Assembly (NCBI GenBank): GCA_964609495.1
Contig: CAZSTA010000005.1
Span: 1 to 45,371 of the forward strand
DNA from: an uncultured bacterium
GTDB lineage: Bacteria; CAZSTA01
Direction: 5' to 3'
Length of the DNA stretch: 45,371 nucleotides
The notes under the pieces were generated by a model. It worked only from the letters and a program-made list of their open reading frames with translations, did no database searches and was not told the origin of the DNA. The position numbers were made by a program, and so were the translations under genes. Shown in pieces: positions 1 to 9,349 of the stretch (the stretch's first letter is position 1; every line of letters starts with the position of its first letter).

Positions 1-2
1 AG

Positions 3-866
3 AAGCCAAAAGGTTGGTTAGCACCTTCTATTCAGCACAAATTAGATTCACATCTTAGGATAATAGAGAAGGTTAAGGAGATATTACCTGTTACCAAAAT
101 TGTTATAGAGGTAGCCTCATTTGACACTCAGAAGATGCAGGATCCGGAAATTAAGGGGATTGAGTACCAGCAGGGGGAATTACAGGGCTATGAGGTTAAG
201 GAATACTTATTAGAGAAGTGGGGTAGGAAGTGTGCTTATTGTGGAAGGTTTAATATTCCACTTGAGGTAGATCATATAATTCCGAAGAGCCGAGGTGGGA
301 CAGATAGAATAAGTAATCTAACAATAGCTTGTAAAGAGTGTAATAGGAAGAAAGGGAACAGAACAGCAGCAGAATTCGAGTATCCAGGGATACAGGAAGA
401 GGCAAAAAAGTCATTAAAAGCAGTAGCATTTATGAATGTGGTAAGGTGGAGATTAGTTAATAAATTAAAAGAGATGGGTAATGATGTCTCTCATACTTAT
501 GGGTATATCACGAAGCAGAGACGGATAGAATTGGGACTGGAGAAGTCACACCATAATGATGCGTTTGTGATAGCTGGAGGTAAGGGACAAGAAAGATGTG
601 AAGTCTTTATGGTTAAGCAGAATAGAAGAAATAATAGAGGTTTACAGTTGAATAGAAAAGGATATAAGCCAAGCATTAGAAGGAAGAGGTACCAATATCA
701 GCCAAAAGATTTAGTGAAATTGGAGGGGAAAGTTTACGTTGTGGAGGGGATGTTTAATTATGGGAAGTGGGTGCGGATGATAGATAAGGCAGGTAATACG
801 CTGGATGTGGCTATATCAAAGATAAGTTTATTAAAATATCAGAAGGGATTAGCTTTTGGATATTAA
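3..866 (+). CDS. iscB: IscB RNA-guided endonuclease (IS200/IS605 OMEGA), 5' end outside window
   Basis: Frame is open from base 3 ([30 protein letters not shown]). Contains YQQGEL, CAYC, HNH ([16 protein letters not shown]) and RuvC-III SHHNDA motifs. Confidence 0.93.
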   Translation, partial: KPKGWLAPSIQHKLDSHLRIIEKVKEILPVTKIVIEVASFDTQKMQDPEIKGIEYQQGELQGYEVKEYLLEKWGRKCAYCGRFNIPLEVDHIIPKSRGGTDRISNLTIACKECNRKKGNRTAAEFEYPGIQEEAKKSLKAVAFMNVVRWRLVNKLKEMGNDVSHTYGYITKQRRIELGLEKSHHNDAFVIAGGKGQERCEVFMVKQNRRNNRGLQLNRKGYKPSIRRKRYQYQPKDLVKLEGKVYVVEGMFNYGKWVRMIDKAGNTLDVAISKISLLKYQKGLAFGY

Positions 867-872
867 GTCTAT

Positions 873-913
873 AGGCGTTTCATCCCCTACCACATTGTTT
901 TCACGCCGGTTTT
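873..913. mobile_element. Degenerate IS200/IS605 end downstream of iscB, followed by ATAA
   Basis: GGCGTTTCATCCCC..GTTTTCACGCCGGTTTT|ATAA has the same layout as the intact end at 30135-30181, but the inner hairpin is collapsed. Confidence 0.6.
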
Positions 914-962
914 ATAAAGTAAGATAGGAAATTATCTTCTCTAAATCTGGAGGTGAAGTGAA

Positions 963-1550
963 ATTAAGAGAATAGCTGATATTCTAACTTTATCAAGGTT
1001 ACTCATCAGCATTTTAATTGTGCGTTGGGGTCAGATGTTGGGTAAAAGCGGTTTAGAGATTGTTATTGCGGCACTTCTGATCGGCTGGACCACTGATGTC
1101 CTAGATGGTCCAATAGCTCGAAAAGATCCTAACTGGCGGAAAAATTTAATCGGAGATAGCGACTTTTTGATAGACGTCGCTCTAGTAGTATCAATACTCT
1201 GCTATTTAACTTTTAGCGGTTTTGTCTCCTCAAGGCTGGCCCTAATTTATTTCCTCGTAGCTAGCCTATTCGTATTTCGCTACCGCTCTCAAGCTGTTAC
1301 GATGGCGTTTATGGCTCCGGTTGATGCTTTTATAATATATGTGGCTTGGCGAGATTCTAATTTGTGGGGGTGGGCGATCATACTTTGGATTATTGTTATA
1401 TTGCTTTTTGATTGGCATCGCTTCACCCAAGTAGTTGATAATTTTATCCAAGGGATGGGAGAGATACTATCCAGAGGCAGAAATGATAATACTTTGTTGA
1501 ATACAATTAATAGCTGGCTATCCCTTCCCGGAGGTATCGATTATAGGTAA
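963..1550 (+). CDS. CDP-alcohol phosphatidyltransferase family membrane protein
   Basis: TDVLDGPIAR..G..D..D motif. The conserved-looking N-terminus IADILTLSR lies in frame upstream of the track start (1020), so a start at ATT 963, 7 nt after GGAGGTG, is proposed. Confidence 0.8.
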   Translation: MKRIADILTLSRLLISILIVRWGQMLGKSGLEIVIAALLIGWTTDVLDGPIARKDPNWRKNLIGDSDFLIDVALVVSILCYLTFSGFVSSRLALIYFLVASLFVFRYRSQAVTMAFMAPVDAFIIYVAWRDSNLWGWAIILWIIVILLFDWHRFTQVVDNFIQGMGEILSRGRNDNTLLNTINSWLSLPGGIDYR

Positions 1551-1568
1551 ATCAAGAAATTTCAGGTA

Positions 1569-1597
1569 TTGACTTTTGCGATTACTTATGCTATACT
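1569..1597 (+). promoter_or_regulatory. sigma70-type promoter of the cobalamin uptake operon
   Basis: TTGACT-17 nt-TATACT with an extended -10 TG. Confidence 0.75.
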
Positions 1598-1646
1598 TTA
1601 AACAAAGGTAATTTCTTCATATCGTTCTTTCTAAAGTTAATAGCCA

Positions 1647-1806
1647 GTATCTAGGTTCCATTAAGGATTAAAAGGGAAATCGGTGCGAAGCCGATACGGT
1701 CCCGCCACTGTAATCGGGGAGCGAACTCGCGGGCATACCACTGGGATAACTATCCTGGGAAGGTGCGAGGAAGCGATGATCCGAGAGTCAGGAGACCTGC
1801 CAGATG
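1647..1806 (+). ncRNA. Cobalamin riboswitch
   Basis: AAAAGGGAAATCGGTG..CCCGCCACTGTAA..CCACTGGG..GGGAAGG..AGTCAGGAGACCTGCC (B12 box), upstream of Btu-type genes. Confidence 0.96.
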
Positions 1807-1883
1807 CGAAAGTCAAACTGCCTTCGGTTGAAAGGGGGTGAGACAAAAGCGCGATATTTATATCGTGTTCCCACTAAAATGTT

Positions 1884-1926
1884 ACCCCTAGCTTTTCTTA
1901 TTGAAGAAGGCTAGGGGTTTTTGTTT
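1884..1926 (+). terminator. Riboswitch-controlled intrinsic terminator
   Basis: ACCCCTAGCTTTTCTT/AAGAAGGCTAGGGGT stem followed by a T-run. GGGGGTGA near 1834 could pair with the 5' arm as an antiterminator. Confidence 0.85.
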
Positions 1927-1957
1927 CGATGAAAAGAAATAAAATAGGAGGTCGAAG

Positions 1958-2872
1958 ATGTCGATTAAAAAATTAGCATTAGCGTTGGTCATTTCCTTAT
2001 TAGTCTTATCGATAGGGATGCCTATTGGAGATTGTTCAAGTGGCAACTTCCCTATTACCTTAACTGATGATATGGGCAATGAGGTGACGGTAGAAAAAGA
2101 GCCCCAAAGAATAATCTCCATTTCTCCTAGCAATACCGAGATCCTTTTTGCCATCGGGGCGGGGGATAAAGTTGTAGGAGTAACCGATTATTGCGATTAT
2201 CCAGAGGAGGCAAAGGAAAAGGAAAAGATCGGAGGCTTCTCTGATCCCAGTATAGAGATGATTGTAGCTCTTAACCCAGATCTTATCTTGATAACCAGTG
2301 GAGTCCAAGAATCTATAACGAATGAGTTGGAGAAATTAGATTTAACTGTGCTGGTCATCGAGCCCAAAACCTTAGAAGCGATGCTGAAATCCGTTATGTT
2401 AATGGGGAAAGCCATTGGTCAGGTTGAGGAAGCGGAAGAGCTAGTCTCCAACCTCCAGGAGAGGATCGATAAAGTCGTATCTAAGACCGAGGTTATACCA
2501 GAAGCTGATAAACCTAAAGTCTTCTTTGAAGTGTGGAACGATCCCTTGATGACCGCTGGGCCAGGATCTTTCCTAGATGATATGATTCGACTAGCAGGAG
2601 GGATAAATATCGCGGCTGATACGGATAAGGAGTATCCTATGTTTAGCTTGGAAGCCTTGGTGGCTAGAGACCCCGAGGTCATAATCGGTGGGCATATAAC
2701 CATCCCAGACCTCAGAGCAGTTGAGAAAAGAGAGGGATGGACGGATATAAAGGCTGTTAAAGAGGGTCGAATTTACGCTGGAGATATTAACATCTTTGTC
2801 CGACCTGGTCCAAGATTGGTCGATGGTTTAGAGGCAATGGCTAAATTTATCCATCCCGAGTTATTTGAATAG
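1958..2872 (+). CDS. btuF: Cobalamin ABC transporter substrate-binding protein (BtuF-like)
   Basis: Signal peptide; PQRIISISPSNTEILFAIG and RPGPR motifs; directly downstream of the riboswitch. Confidence 0.88.
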   Translation: MSIKKLALALVISLLVLSIGMPIGDCSSGNFPITLTDDMGNEVTVEKEPQRIISISPSNTEILFAIGAGDKVVGVTDYCDYPEEAKEKEKIGGFSDPSIEMIVALNPDLILITSGVQESITNELEKLDLTVLVIEPKTLEAMLKSVMLMGKAIGQVEEAEELVSNLQERIDKVVSKTEVIPEADKPKVFFEVWNDPLMTAGPGSFLDDMIRLAGGINIAADTDKEYPMFSLEALVARDPEVIIGGHITIPDLRAVEKREGWTDIKAVKEGRIYAGDINIFVRPGPRLVDGLEAMAKFIHPELFE

Positions 2873-2947
2873 GAGCTGAGGAAGATCGATCTATCTAAAG
2901 CCCAGAGAAGAAAAATTGAAAACAAGATCGGAATAAAGAGCAACCTC

Positions 2948-3973
2948 TTGCGCAAGAGGATTCTCATAGCTCTATCCTTTATAGCAATTATAGTTTTTGT
3001 CTTTGCTATAGGCACTGGAGCTGTATCTATACCTATGAGAGACGTCCTCAGAGTCTTGTCGGGTAAGATTCCTCTTATAAATAAATTCATCGACTCCACC
3101 ACAACCAAATCGACCCAAACCATAATCCTGAAGATCAGGTTACCGAGAGTCATCCTGGGGATGCTAGTGGGAGCATCCCTCTCCACCGCGGGAGCGGTTC
3201 TACAAGGGTTATTCAAAAATCCGATGGCGGATCCCTACATTGTGGGAGTCTCCGCTGGAGCTGGCTTAGGGGCAGTCATCGCGATGGTTCTTAGGATCGA
3301 TATCTGGTTCTGGGGATTAAGCTCAGTTCCGATCCTTGCTTTTTTAACTGGACTCGGCACTACCCTTTTAGTCTATTCGATAGCTCAAAGAAGTGGTTAT
3401 CTGCCTATGGAGACCTTCCTTTTAGCTGGGATAGCGATTGGCTCTGTCGCTTCCGCTATGACCTCCTTTATGATTATGTGGAGCAAGAACGAGATTCTAC
3501 ATGGAGTCATCTATTGGCTGATGGGAGGGTTATCAACGAGCAGTTGGGATAAAGTCAGGATGATCTTGCCCTACACTTGTGTGGGGATCTTGATCGTTCT
3601 CAGCTTCTCCCGTGATCTTAATATTATGACTTTAGGAGAGGAATCGGCTCAACATCTGGGAATCGACATAGAGGTCGTGAAGAAGATTCTTCTGGCGACA
3701 ACTTCTCTCCTAACCGCAGCCGCTGTTTCGGTAAGTGGATTGATCGGTTTCATAGGGCTTATTATCCCTCATATAATGAGGATAATTATTGGCCCCGATC
3801 ATCGTTTTCTCCTCCCAGCCTCGATCATAACTGGAGGCCTCTTCTTAGCTCTAGCCGACGTCGGAGCCAGAACTATCCTGGCTCCCATAGAGATCCCCGT
3901 AGGAATCATAACCGCCTGCCTAGGAGGTCCCTTCTTCGCTTATCTGCTAAGGGGGAAACGGAAGATGTTCTAA
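2948..3973 (+). CDS. btuC: FecCD/BtuC family ABC permease (start uncertain)
   Basis: IRLPR, LFKNPMADP, GEESAQHLG and GLIGFIGLIIPH motifs. Confidence 0.88.
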   Translation: MRKRILIALSFIAIIVFVFAIGTGAVSIPMRDVLRVLSGKIPLINKFIDSTTTKSTQTIILKIRLPRVILGMLVGASLSTAGAVLQGLFKNPMADPYIVGVSAGAGLGAVIAMVLRIDIWFWGLSSVPILAFLTGLGTTLLVYSIAQRSGYLPMETFLLAGIAIGSVASAMTSFMIMWSKNEILHGVIYWLMGGLSTSSWDKVRMILPYTCVGILIVLSFSRDLNIMTLGEESAQHLGIDIEVVKKILLATTSLLTAAAVSVSGLIGFIGLIIPHIMRIIIGPDHRFLLPASIITGGLFLALADVGARTILAPIEIPVGIITACLGGPFFAYLLRGKRKMF

Positions 3974-4043
3974 ATCTATTTTTACTTTAAAAGTAGTTGG
4001 GAAATAAAAGCTGGTTTGAATAACAAATTAAGGAGGGTAAAAG

Positions 4044-6080
4044 ATGTCGAAGTTAAAGAGATTTTCCGGAGAGTTATTGTTGGTACTAACACTCATCTTT
4101 GCTTTTCAAATAGGAGTTCTAGCTCAAGAAGCCTACGAGCTAAAACTTAAAGAGGTAGTTATAACTGCTGCTAAACTGGAACAATATTTGAAGGACGTTC
4201 CCGTCGCCACTGAGGTGATAACCAGGGAGGAGATCGAGGAAAGTGGTGCTAAGACCTTAAGAGAGATTGTGGAGGATAAAGTAGGGCTTATCGTTAGAGG
4301 TTATGGAGGATTGGGTTCACAATCCTCGGTGAGTATAAGAGGATCAAGTTCTCCCCAGGTATTGGTGATGATCGACGGAAGACCTATAAATTCTATCACC
4401 GCGGGTTCAGCAAATTCGAGCGATATACCATTAGATATGGTGGAAAGGATCGAGATCATTAGATCTCCCTCCTCAAGCCTCTACGGAGCAAATGCTCTCG
4501 GAGGAGTAATCAATATCATTACCAAGTCTCCCCCCCAGAAGAGGACAATTGAAGCTAAGTTGGAATATGGCTCCTACAACACTCAGAATTACATTGCGAG
4601 CTATGGAGCCAGTAGCAAAGTGGGATTGGGATATATCCTTTCCTTCACCCATCAAGCCTCCGATGGCTTTCGGGATAACAGCGACTATGGGATGAATAAC
4701 CTCTCCCTTAAGCTAGATTATAAGATCATGCCTTCAGCCTCAGTTACCATCTCCGCAGGCTATAAGGATACCGATCTGGGAGTGCCAGGGCCAAGACCTC
4801 CTACGGGAACGACCCCCAAGTATGGCAATGAGGAGGTAACATCCCTCTACGATCGTCAGAACACCAGCGGGTGGTTTAGACAACTAGCCTTCGATTGGGA
4901 TATGAGCGATTACTCCACCTTGAAGGCTAAAACCCACTTAAATAGCGATACTCTGGAATACAAAACTGTCTATGACGACTGGATGACAGGGGCGAAGTTG
5001 GAGGAAAAGAACAAATATGTAACTGACACTATGGCAGTTGATCTCCAATATGAATATAAGGAGATCGCCTCTCACCGCCTAGCCGCGGGATTGGAGTGGC
5101 AACAGGACAAGGCTGATATGAATCAGGAGGTCAAGAACATCGAAACAGGCGAGGTCACTCCTACAAGCTGGAATCCAGAGGCGAGTAAGTATGGATTATG
5201 GGTTGAGGATATATGGTCCATAGATCCCGAGTTGGATATCACTCCGGGGCTTCGCTTTGATAACCACTCGGAGTATGGATCCCAACTTAGCCCTCGACTG
5301 GGAATGCTATATAACCTGAGCGAGAAGGAAAGGTTTAGAGCCTCGATAGGAACTGCTTATAGAGCCCCCACCTTCAACGATCTTTACTGGCCAACTGGCG
5401 GCAATAAGGATCTGAAGCCAGAGAAAGGGTGGTCGCTCGAGATGGGTCTTGAGGATACCTCAACTGCATCTCAGCTAAAACGAGGCACCTTATTCTATCG
5501 AAATGTAACTGATCTCATCGCTTGGGTGCCAAATGCAGAAGGAACGTGGCAGCCAACAAATGTGAATTCCTATAATGTCCTAGGATTTGAATTAGAGTTG
5601 GAAACTGAGATCAATGAGAAGGTGTCAGCTGGGGTAAATTATACCTTCCTCCATGCTAAGCAGACTAATTCAGAGGTGGTATATTCCGACTGGATGACGG
5701 GTGAGGAAAGGAGAGAGAAGGTAACCAGAGATGCTGCTTTCGTTCCTAAGAACAAATTAGGATTTGACTTAACCTGGAAACTATCACCTTGCTTGAGAAC
5801 GGTCTTTACTGGAGTAGTGGTTGGGGAGAGAGTGAATTACTATGCTAATTACTCTAATGCACCTATTGTAACGATGAAGACTAAGAAATTGCCCAGCTAC
5901 TTCCTTATGAACGCTAAGGTAAGCGGAACTTTTGCGGACAATTACGAAGCATTTCTTAAGCTCGATAATATCTTCGATGCTGATTATCAGGAGCAATTTG
6001 GCATATCCTATGACGATCGGGGTTATCCGATGCCTGGGCTGACCTTGAGCTTGGGGGTCAAGGCGAATGTGAATATCTAG
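4044..6080 (+). CDS. TonB-dependent outer-membrane receptor, BtuB-like
   Basis: Signal peptide, EVVITA TonB-box region, plug motif ERIEIIR..SSLYG..ALGGVINII, C-terminal NIFD..Y..PG; lies in the B12 operon. Confidence 0.9.
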   Translation: MSKLKRFSGELLLVLTLIFAFQIGVLAQEAYELKLKEVVITAAKLEQYLKDVPVATEVITREEIEESGAKTLREIVEDKVGLIVRGYGGLGSQSSVSIRGSSSPQVLVMIDGRPINSITAGSANSSDIPLDMVERIEIIRSPSSSLYGANALGGVINIITKSPPQKRTIEAKLEYGSYNTQNYIASYGASSKVGLGYILSFTHQASDGFRDNSDYGMNNLSLKLDYKIMPSASVTISAGYKDTDLGVPGPRPPTGTTPKYGNEEVTSLYDRQNTSGWFRQLAFDWDMSDYSTLKAKTHLNSDTLEYKTVYDDWMTGAKLEEKNKYVTDTMAVDLQYEYKEIASHRLAAGLEWQQDKADMNQEVKNIETGEVTPTSWNPEASKYGLWVEDIWSIDPELDITPGLRFDNHSEYGSQLSPRLGMLYNLSEKERFRASIGTAYRAPTFNDLYWPTGGNKDLKPEKGWSLEMGLEDTSTASQLKRGTLFYRNVTDLIAWVPNAEGTWQPTNVNSYNVLGFELELETEINEKVSAGVNYTFLHAKQTNSEVVYSDWMTGEERREKVTRDAAFVPKNKLGFDLTWKLSPCLRTVFTGVVVGERVNYYANYSNAPIVTMKTKKLPSYFLMNAKVSGTFADNYEAFLKLDNIFDADYQEQFGISYDDRGYPMPGLTLSLGVKANVNI

Positions 6081-6157
6081 GGTTATCAATTTGACCAACA
6101 TTAGAGGGCAGTTTAAGTTTTGACTGCTCCTACCATTACCTTTAGAGATGAGCTAAA

Positions 6158-8572
6158 ATGTTGAAAGATAAATCTCTCAGATCAGGACTTTTAATATCCC
6201 TGTTCTTTCATATTATCCTATTCCTTTATCTCTCCAAAGTTATGCTCTCCAAAGATATAGATATATCTGAGGAGGCGAAGATGATCAGGGTGGAGATCGT
6301 GGAGCTAATTCGGCCTAAAGAGGAAGAGGTTTCACTGATAGCTCGGGCAAAGCCCGAGGCGAAAATATCGGAGAGTTATCGAGAGCTTCCTCAACAAGAG
6401 AGAAGTGTAGAGGAATTACATAAGAAGACGGGCGAGTTAGAATATGAGAGGGTAGATATCGAGTTCAAAAGTAGCTCCATAAAAGTAGAGAAGGCTATCA
6501 GACTTAGGGAGATTGCTAAACCGTTTAAAGAAGATTTTAGTCCTAAGCCTCAACGTATTGAGTTTGAAGCTCATCTGCAAGATGAATCAGCTAAGAGTAC
6601 CGATCGAGAGAGTGCAGAGAGGGAATACTATCTCACACTCTCAGTAGCTCAGCCTCCTGAACGCGATTCCTTGCCGAGTGAGGTGGTCAAATCCGAGCAT
6701 CTTTTTTCTCCTCCTCTCTCTAGGGAAGATCTCTCTGAGGAGAGGGAGAGCAAAGATCACACTTCTAAGGAAACGGATAGCGAGAAGACAGTGGGCGAGA
6801 AACTCTCCAAGAGGGATATTCAAGAAGAAGTTGAGGATCGTCCCTTTAAGGAATTGCCAACTGAGAAGACCTTAAAACCTGAGCCCGATCTCCCTTCTCA
6901 ACTAGTAGAAAGTAGCCTCGAGGAAGAAGAAATAGAAAGGACCGATACGCTCTCCCAAAAGGTGATCTATGAAGAGGAGATAGAAAGTAAGCTCCCAAGG
7001 GAGATCTATATAGAAGGGGAAGATAAGGATATCTCTACTATCTTTCCTCATCAATCGGACATAGGAGTGGAAAAACCGACTATCTCCTCTCTTCTCGTTG
7101 CCCCCTCAGTTCAGAGCTTCTCTGGAGAGGTGGCTTCCGAAGGAGGAACGATAGTTGAAGAGGCGGCTTCTAAAAAGATATTCACTAGTGAATTAAAAGT
7201 CGATAAGAGAGAGAAAGTAGTTTCGCAAGTCCAGGAGGAGAAGGCTTCTGATAAAACAAACTTGCCCCAGAAAACGATGGATGAATTAAAGCCCGATCTC
7301 CCTCTCAATCCTCCTGTTCCCTCAACTGATAGCCTTCCCAGGGAGGAGACGCTAAGTAATGCAGTATCTCAGAAGAGTATAATCAGAGATGAAGAGATAG
7401 AAAAAGAAAAGATAAAAGAGAGCGGAAGTAGCGAAGCATTAGATTCAGATATTTCCTTTGTCAGCACCTCTTCCCCCTGGGGTGCTAATGTGAAGATGTT
7501 GACTGATAAGGAAAGGATAAATAAAGTTATAGTGGGTAGAAAAGGAAAGAGAAAAGCTGGAAAGAAAATCTCATCTTCTCAAGAAGAGCTTAAGCCGATT
7601 AATCCTCTCGATCCCTACCCTTCGATAGATAATATCTCTGGAGATGAGGATATAAAAAACACTGATCTTACTTTAAAGGGGGTTGTTAGAGGTAAGGAAG
7701 TAAAAGATGATTTCTCAGATATAATATTTAAATCTTATCCTGGAGAGGAGAGATCATCGGAAGAGGTAAATAAAGGTAAAGATAAGGATACGCCTCCTTT
7801 AGATAGAACGGCTATCTCCGATTCGAAAAAGGAAGGTTCTATGGTAGATCTAGATAGTAAGGTCATTGCCACCACCACAGACCAGCTTAAGGAAACCCCA
7901 TATATCCCTGCTGGAGATAAGGACTTTTATATCGAAGATGAGGATGTATCTGTAAAAGAGACAGATCTCTCTAAGATAGAGGAGGAGAAACACTCATCAC
8001 AACTCAAGAGCGCTCCTGCGCCCATTCAGGGGGAGAAAATCATCGCAGAAACCGAGGAAGAGCTGAGGAAAGTTTCTCCTAGCTTAGTGGAAGATAAAGA
8101 AAGCCTACCCGATGTCGCTTTGCCCAAAAAAGATATAATACCTCCTCCAGTTCAAGATATCACTCCTAATTCTGTAACCTCTTCTAAAGAGGATCTATCT
8201 GATAAGGAGCTGTTTGAAGGGAGTGAGGAGAGAGTCGAACCCTCCTCGACTTCTCAAATTGATGAAAGCAAAGGGGAAGGGGAGATATTAAATGGATATA
8301 TAGAGGTCATAAGTGCTAAGATAGAGGAGATAAAAGTATATCCGGAGAGAGCAAGGGAAAAAAATATAGAAGGGAAAGTTACCTTGAGATTTCTAATAAA
8401 TAGGGCAGGAGAGGTTAGGGATATAGAAGTAATAGTATCTTCTGGGCACAAAGTTCTGGATGTAGCGGCAATATTAGCTATTAGAAGGGCTTCTCCCTTC
8501 CCCCCCTTTCCTGCTGGAATGACAAGGGAGAAGGCTTGGGTTGAGTTACCGATCATCTATAGATTAAAGTAA
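6158..8572 (+). CDS. TonB family energy transducer with a very long acidic linker
   Basis: N-terminal TM with S..H (ISLFFH) and C-terminal TonB_C domain (YPERAREKNIEGKV..F.I...G.V....V..SSG..LD.AA). Confidence 0.85.
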   Translation: MLKDKSLRSGLLISLFFHIILFLYLSKVMLSKDIDISEEAKMIRVEIVELIRPKEEEVSLIARAKPEAKISESYRELPQQERSVEELHKKTGELEYERVDIEFKSSSIKVEKAIRLREIAKPFKEDFSPKPQRIEFEAHLQDESAKSTDRESAEREYYLTLSVAQPPERDSLPSEVVKSEHLFSPPLSREDLSEERESKDHTSKETDSEKTVGEKLSKRDIQEEVEDRPFKELPTEKTLKPEPDLPSQLVESSLEEEEIERTDTLSQKVIYEEEIESKLPREIYIEGEDKDISTIFPHQSDIGVEKPTISSLLVAPSVQSFSGEVASEGGTIVEEAASKKIFTSELKVDKREKVVSQVQEEKASDKTNLPQKTMDELKPDLPLNPPVPSTDSLPREETLSNAVSQKSIIRDEEIEKEKIKESGSSEALDSDISFVSTSSPWGANVKMLTDKERINKVIVGRKGKRKAGKKISSSQEELKPINPLDPYPSIDNISGDEDIKNTDLTLKGVVRGKEVKDDFSDIIFKSYPGEERSSEEVNKGKDKDTPPLDRTAISDSKKEGSMVDLDSKVIATTTDQLKETPYIPAGDKDFYIEDEDVSVKETDLSKIEEEKHSSQLKSAPAPIQGEKIIAETEEELRKVSPSLVEDKESLPDVALPKKDIIPPPVQDITPNSVTSSKEDLSDKELFEGSEERVEPSSTSQIDESKGEGEILNGYIEVISAKIEEIKVYPERAREKNIEGKVTLRFLINRAGEVRDIEVIVSSGHKVLDVAAILAIRRASPFPPFPAGMTREKAWVELPIIYRLK

Positions 8573-9332
8573 ATTTATCTCGGTCACTCTCTTTCTCGAT
8601 CGTCAGCAGAAGAGAGCTTACCGGTGATAAAGGGGACATCGGGGGCGGTAGCACTAAGATCCTCACCGGATCGCTTATCCCGATCGCCCCCTTATCGTCC
8701 TCCACCGTCAATATTATCTCATAAATTCTCTCCTCGGTATATATGTGACTATTCATCACCCCATAGGAACGAGTCCCATCTCCAAAATCCCAGGCGTAAC
8801 TTATAACCGATCCATCTTTATCCTTTCCGATTCCCTCGCAATGTATTCCTAAAGGAGCATTTCCTTCAGTGGGGCTGATCTTAGCGATAGCTTCGGGAGG
8901 AATATTTCCCTCCGTGGTGAATATCCACTCATAAGCGGAAAGCTCGATCTTATCCTCGCTCTCAGCCAATCCTTCTTCTCCGATAGATACCCTGTAACTC
9001 CTTCCCGAATCTAAGCGATCATCAGGTATGAATATAAACGATTCTCCCGATACCTTCCATTGGAACTTCCCCTCGATCTCCTCTTTCCTAGGTTCCTCTC
9101 TAAGGGAAGCAGGAATCATCTTGAAATCCTTCTCAACTGAAGATCTATTCATAGGAGTATTAAATTCGACCAGGATTGGAGCCTTAATGGATACTCCCAC
9201 TACTCCCGCTGAAGGCTCGGTTTTTATAATTTGGGGAATAAGGCTCTCTTCCTTTGTCGTTTTCTTACCTCCCCCACAACTAGCGATCAAAGTTGATAAC
9301 AAGAGAATCGAGATAATGATATATTTTCTCAT
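8553..9332 (-). CDS. Lipoprotein with Ig-like (Big_5-like) and PKD domains
   Basis: Lipobox LIASC; TEPS..V....PILVEFN.PM; PKD motif YAWDFGDG..H.Y....Y...LTV.D. Confidence 0.75.
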   Translation of the reverse strand: MRKYIIISILLLSTLIASCGGGKKTTKEESLIPQIIKTEPSAGVVGVSIKAPILVEFNTPMNRSSVEKDFKMIPASLREEPRKEEIEGKFQWKVSGESFIFIPDDRLDSGRSYRVSIGEEGLAESEDKIELSAYEWIFTTEGNIPPEAIAKISPTEGNAPLGIHCEGIGKDKDGSVISYAWDFGDGTRSYGVMNSHIYTEERIYEIILTVEDDKGAIGISDPVRILVLPPPMSPLSPVSSLLLTIEKESDRDKFTLIYR

Positions 9333-9349
9333 AATTTCACTCCCTCCCC

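Noticed and set aside
1661-2154. Short minus-strand ORFs over the riboswitch and btuF
   Set aside because: Antisense shadows of better-supported features; the same applies to the many short ORFs opposite r-protein and transporter genes.
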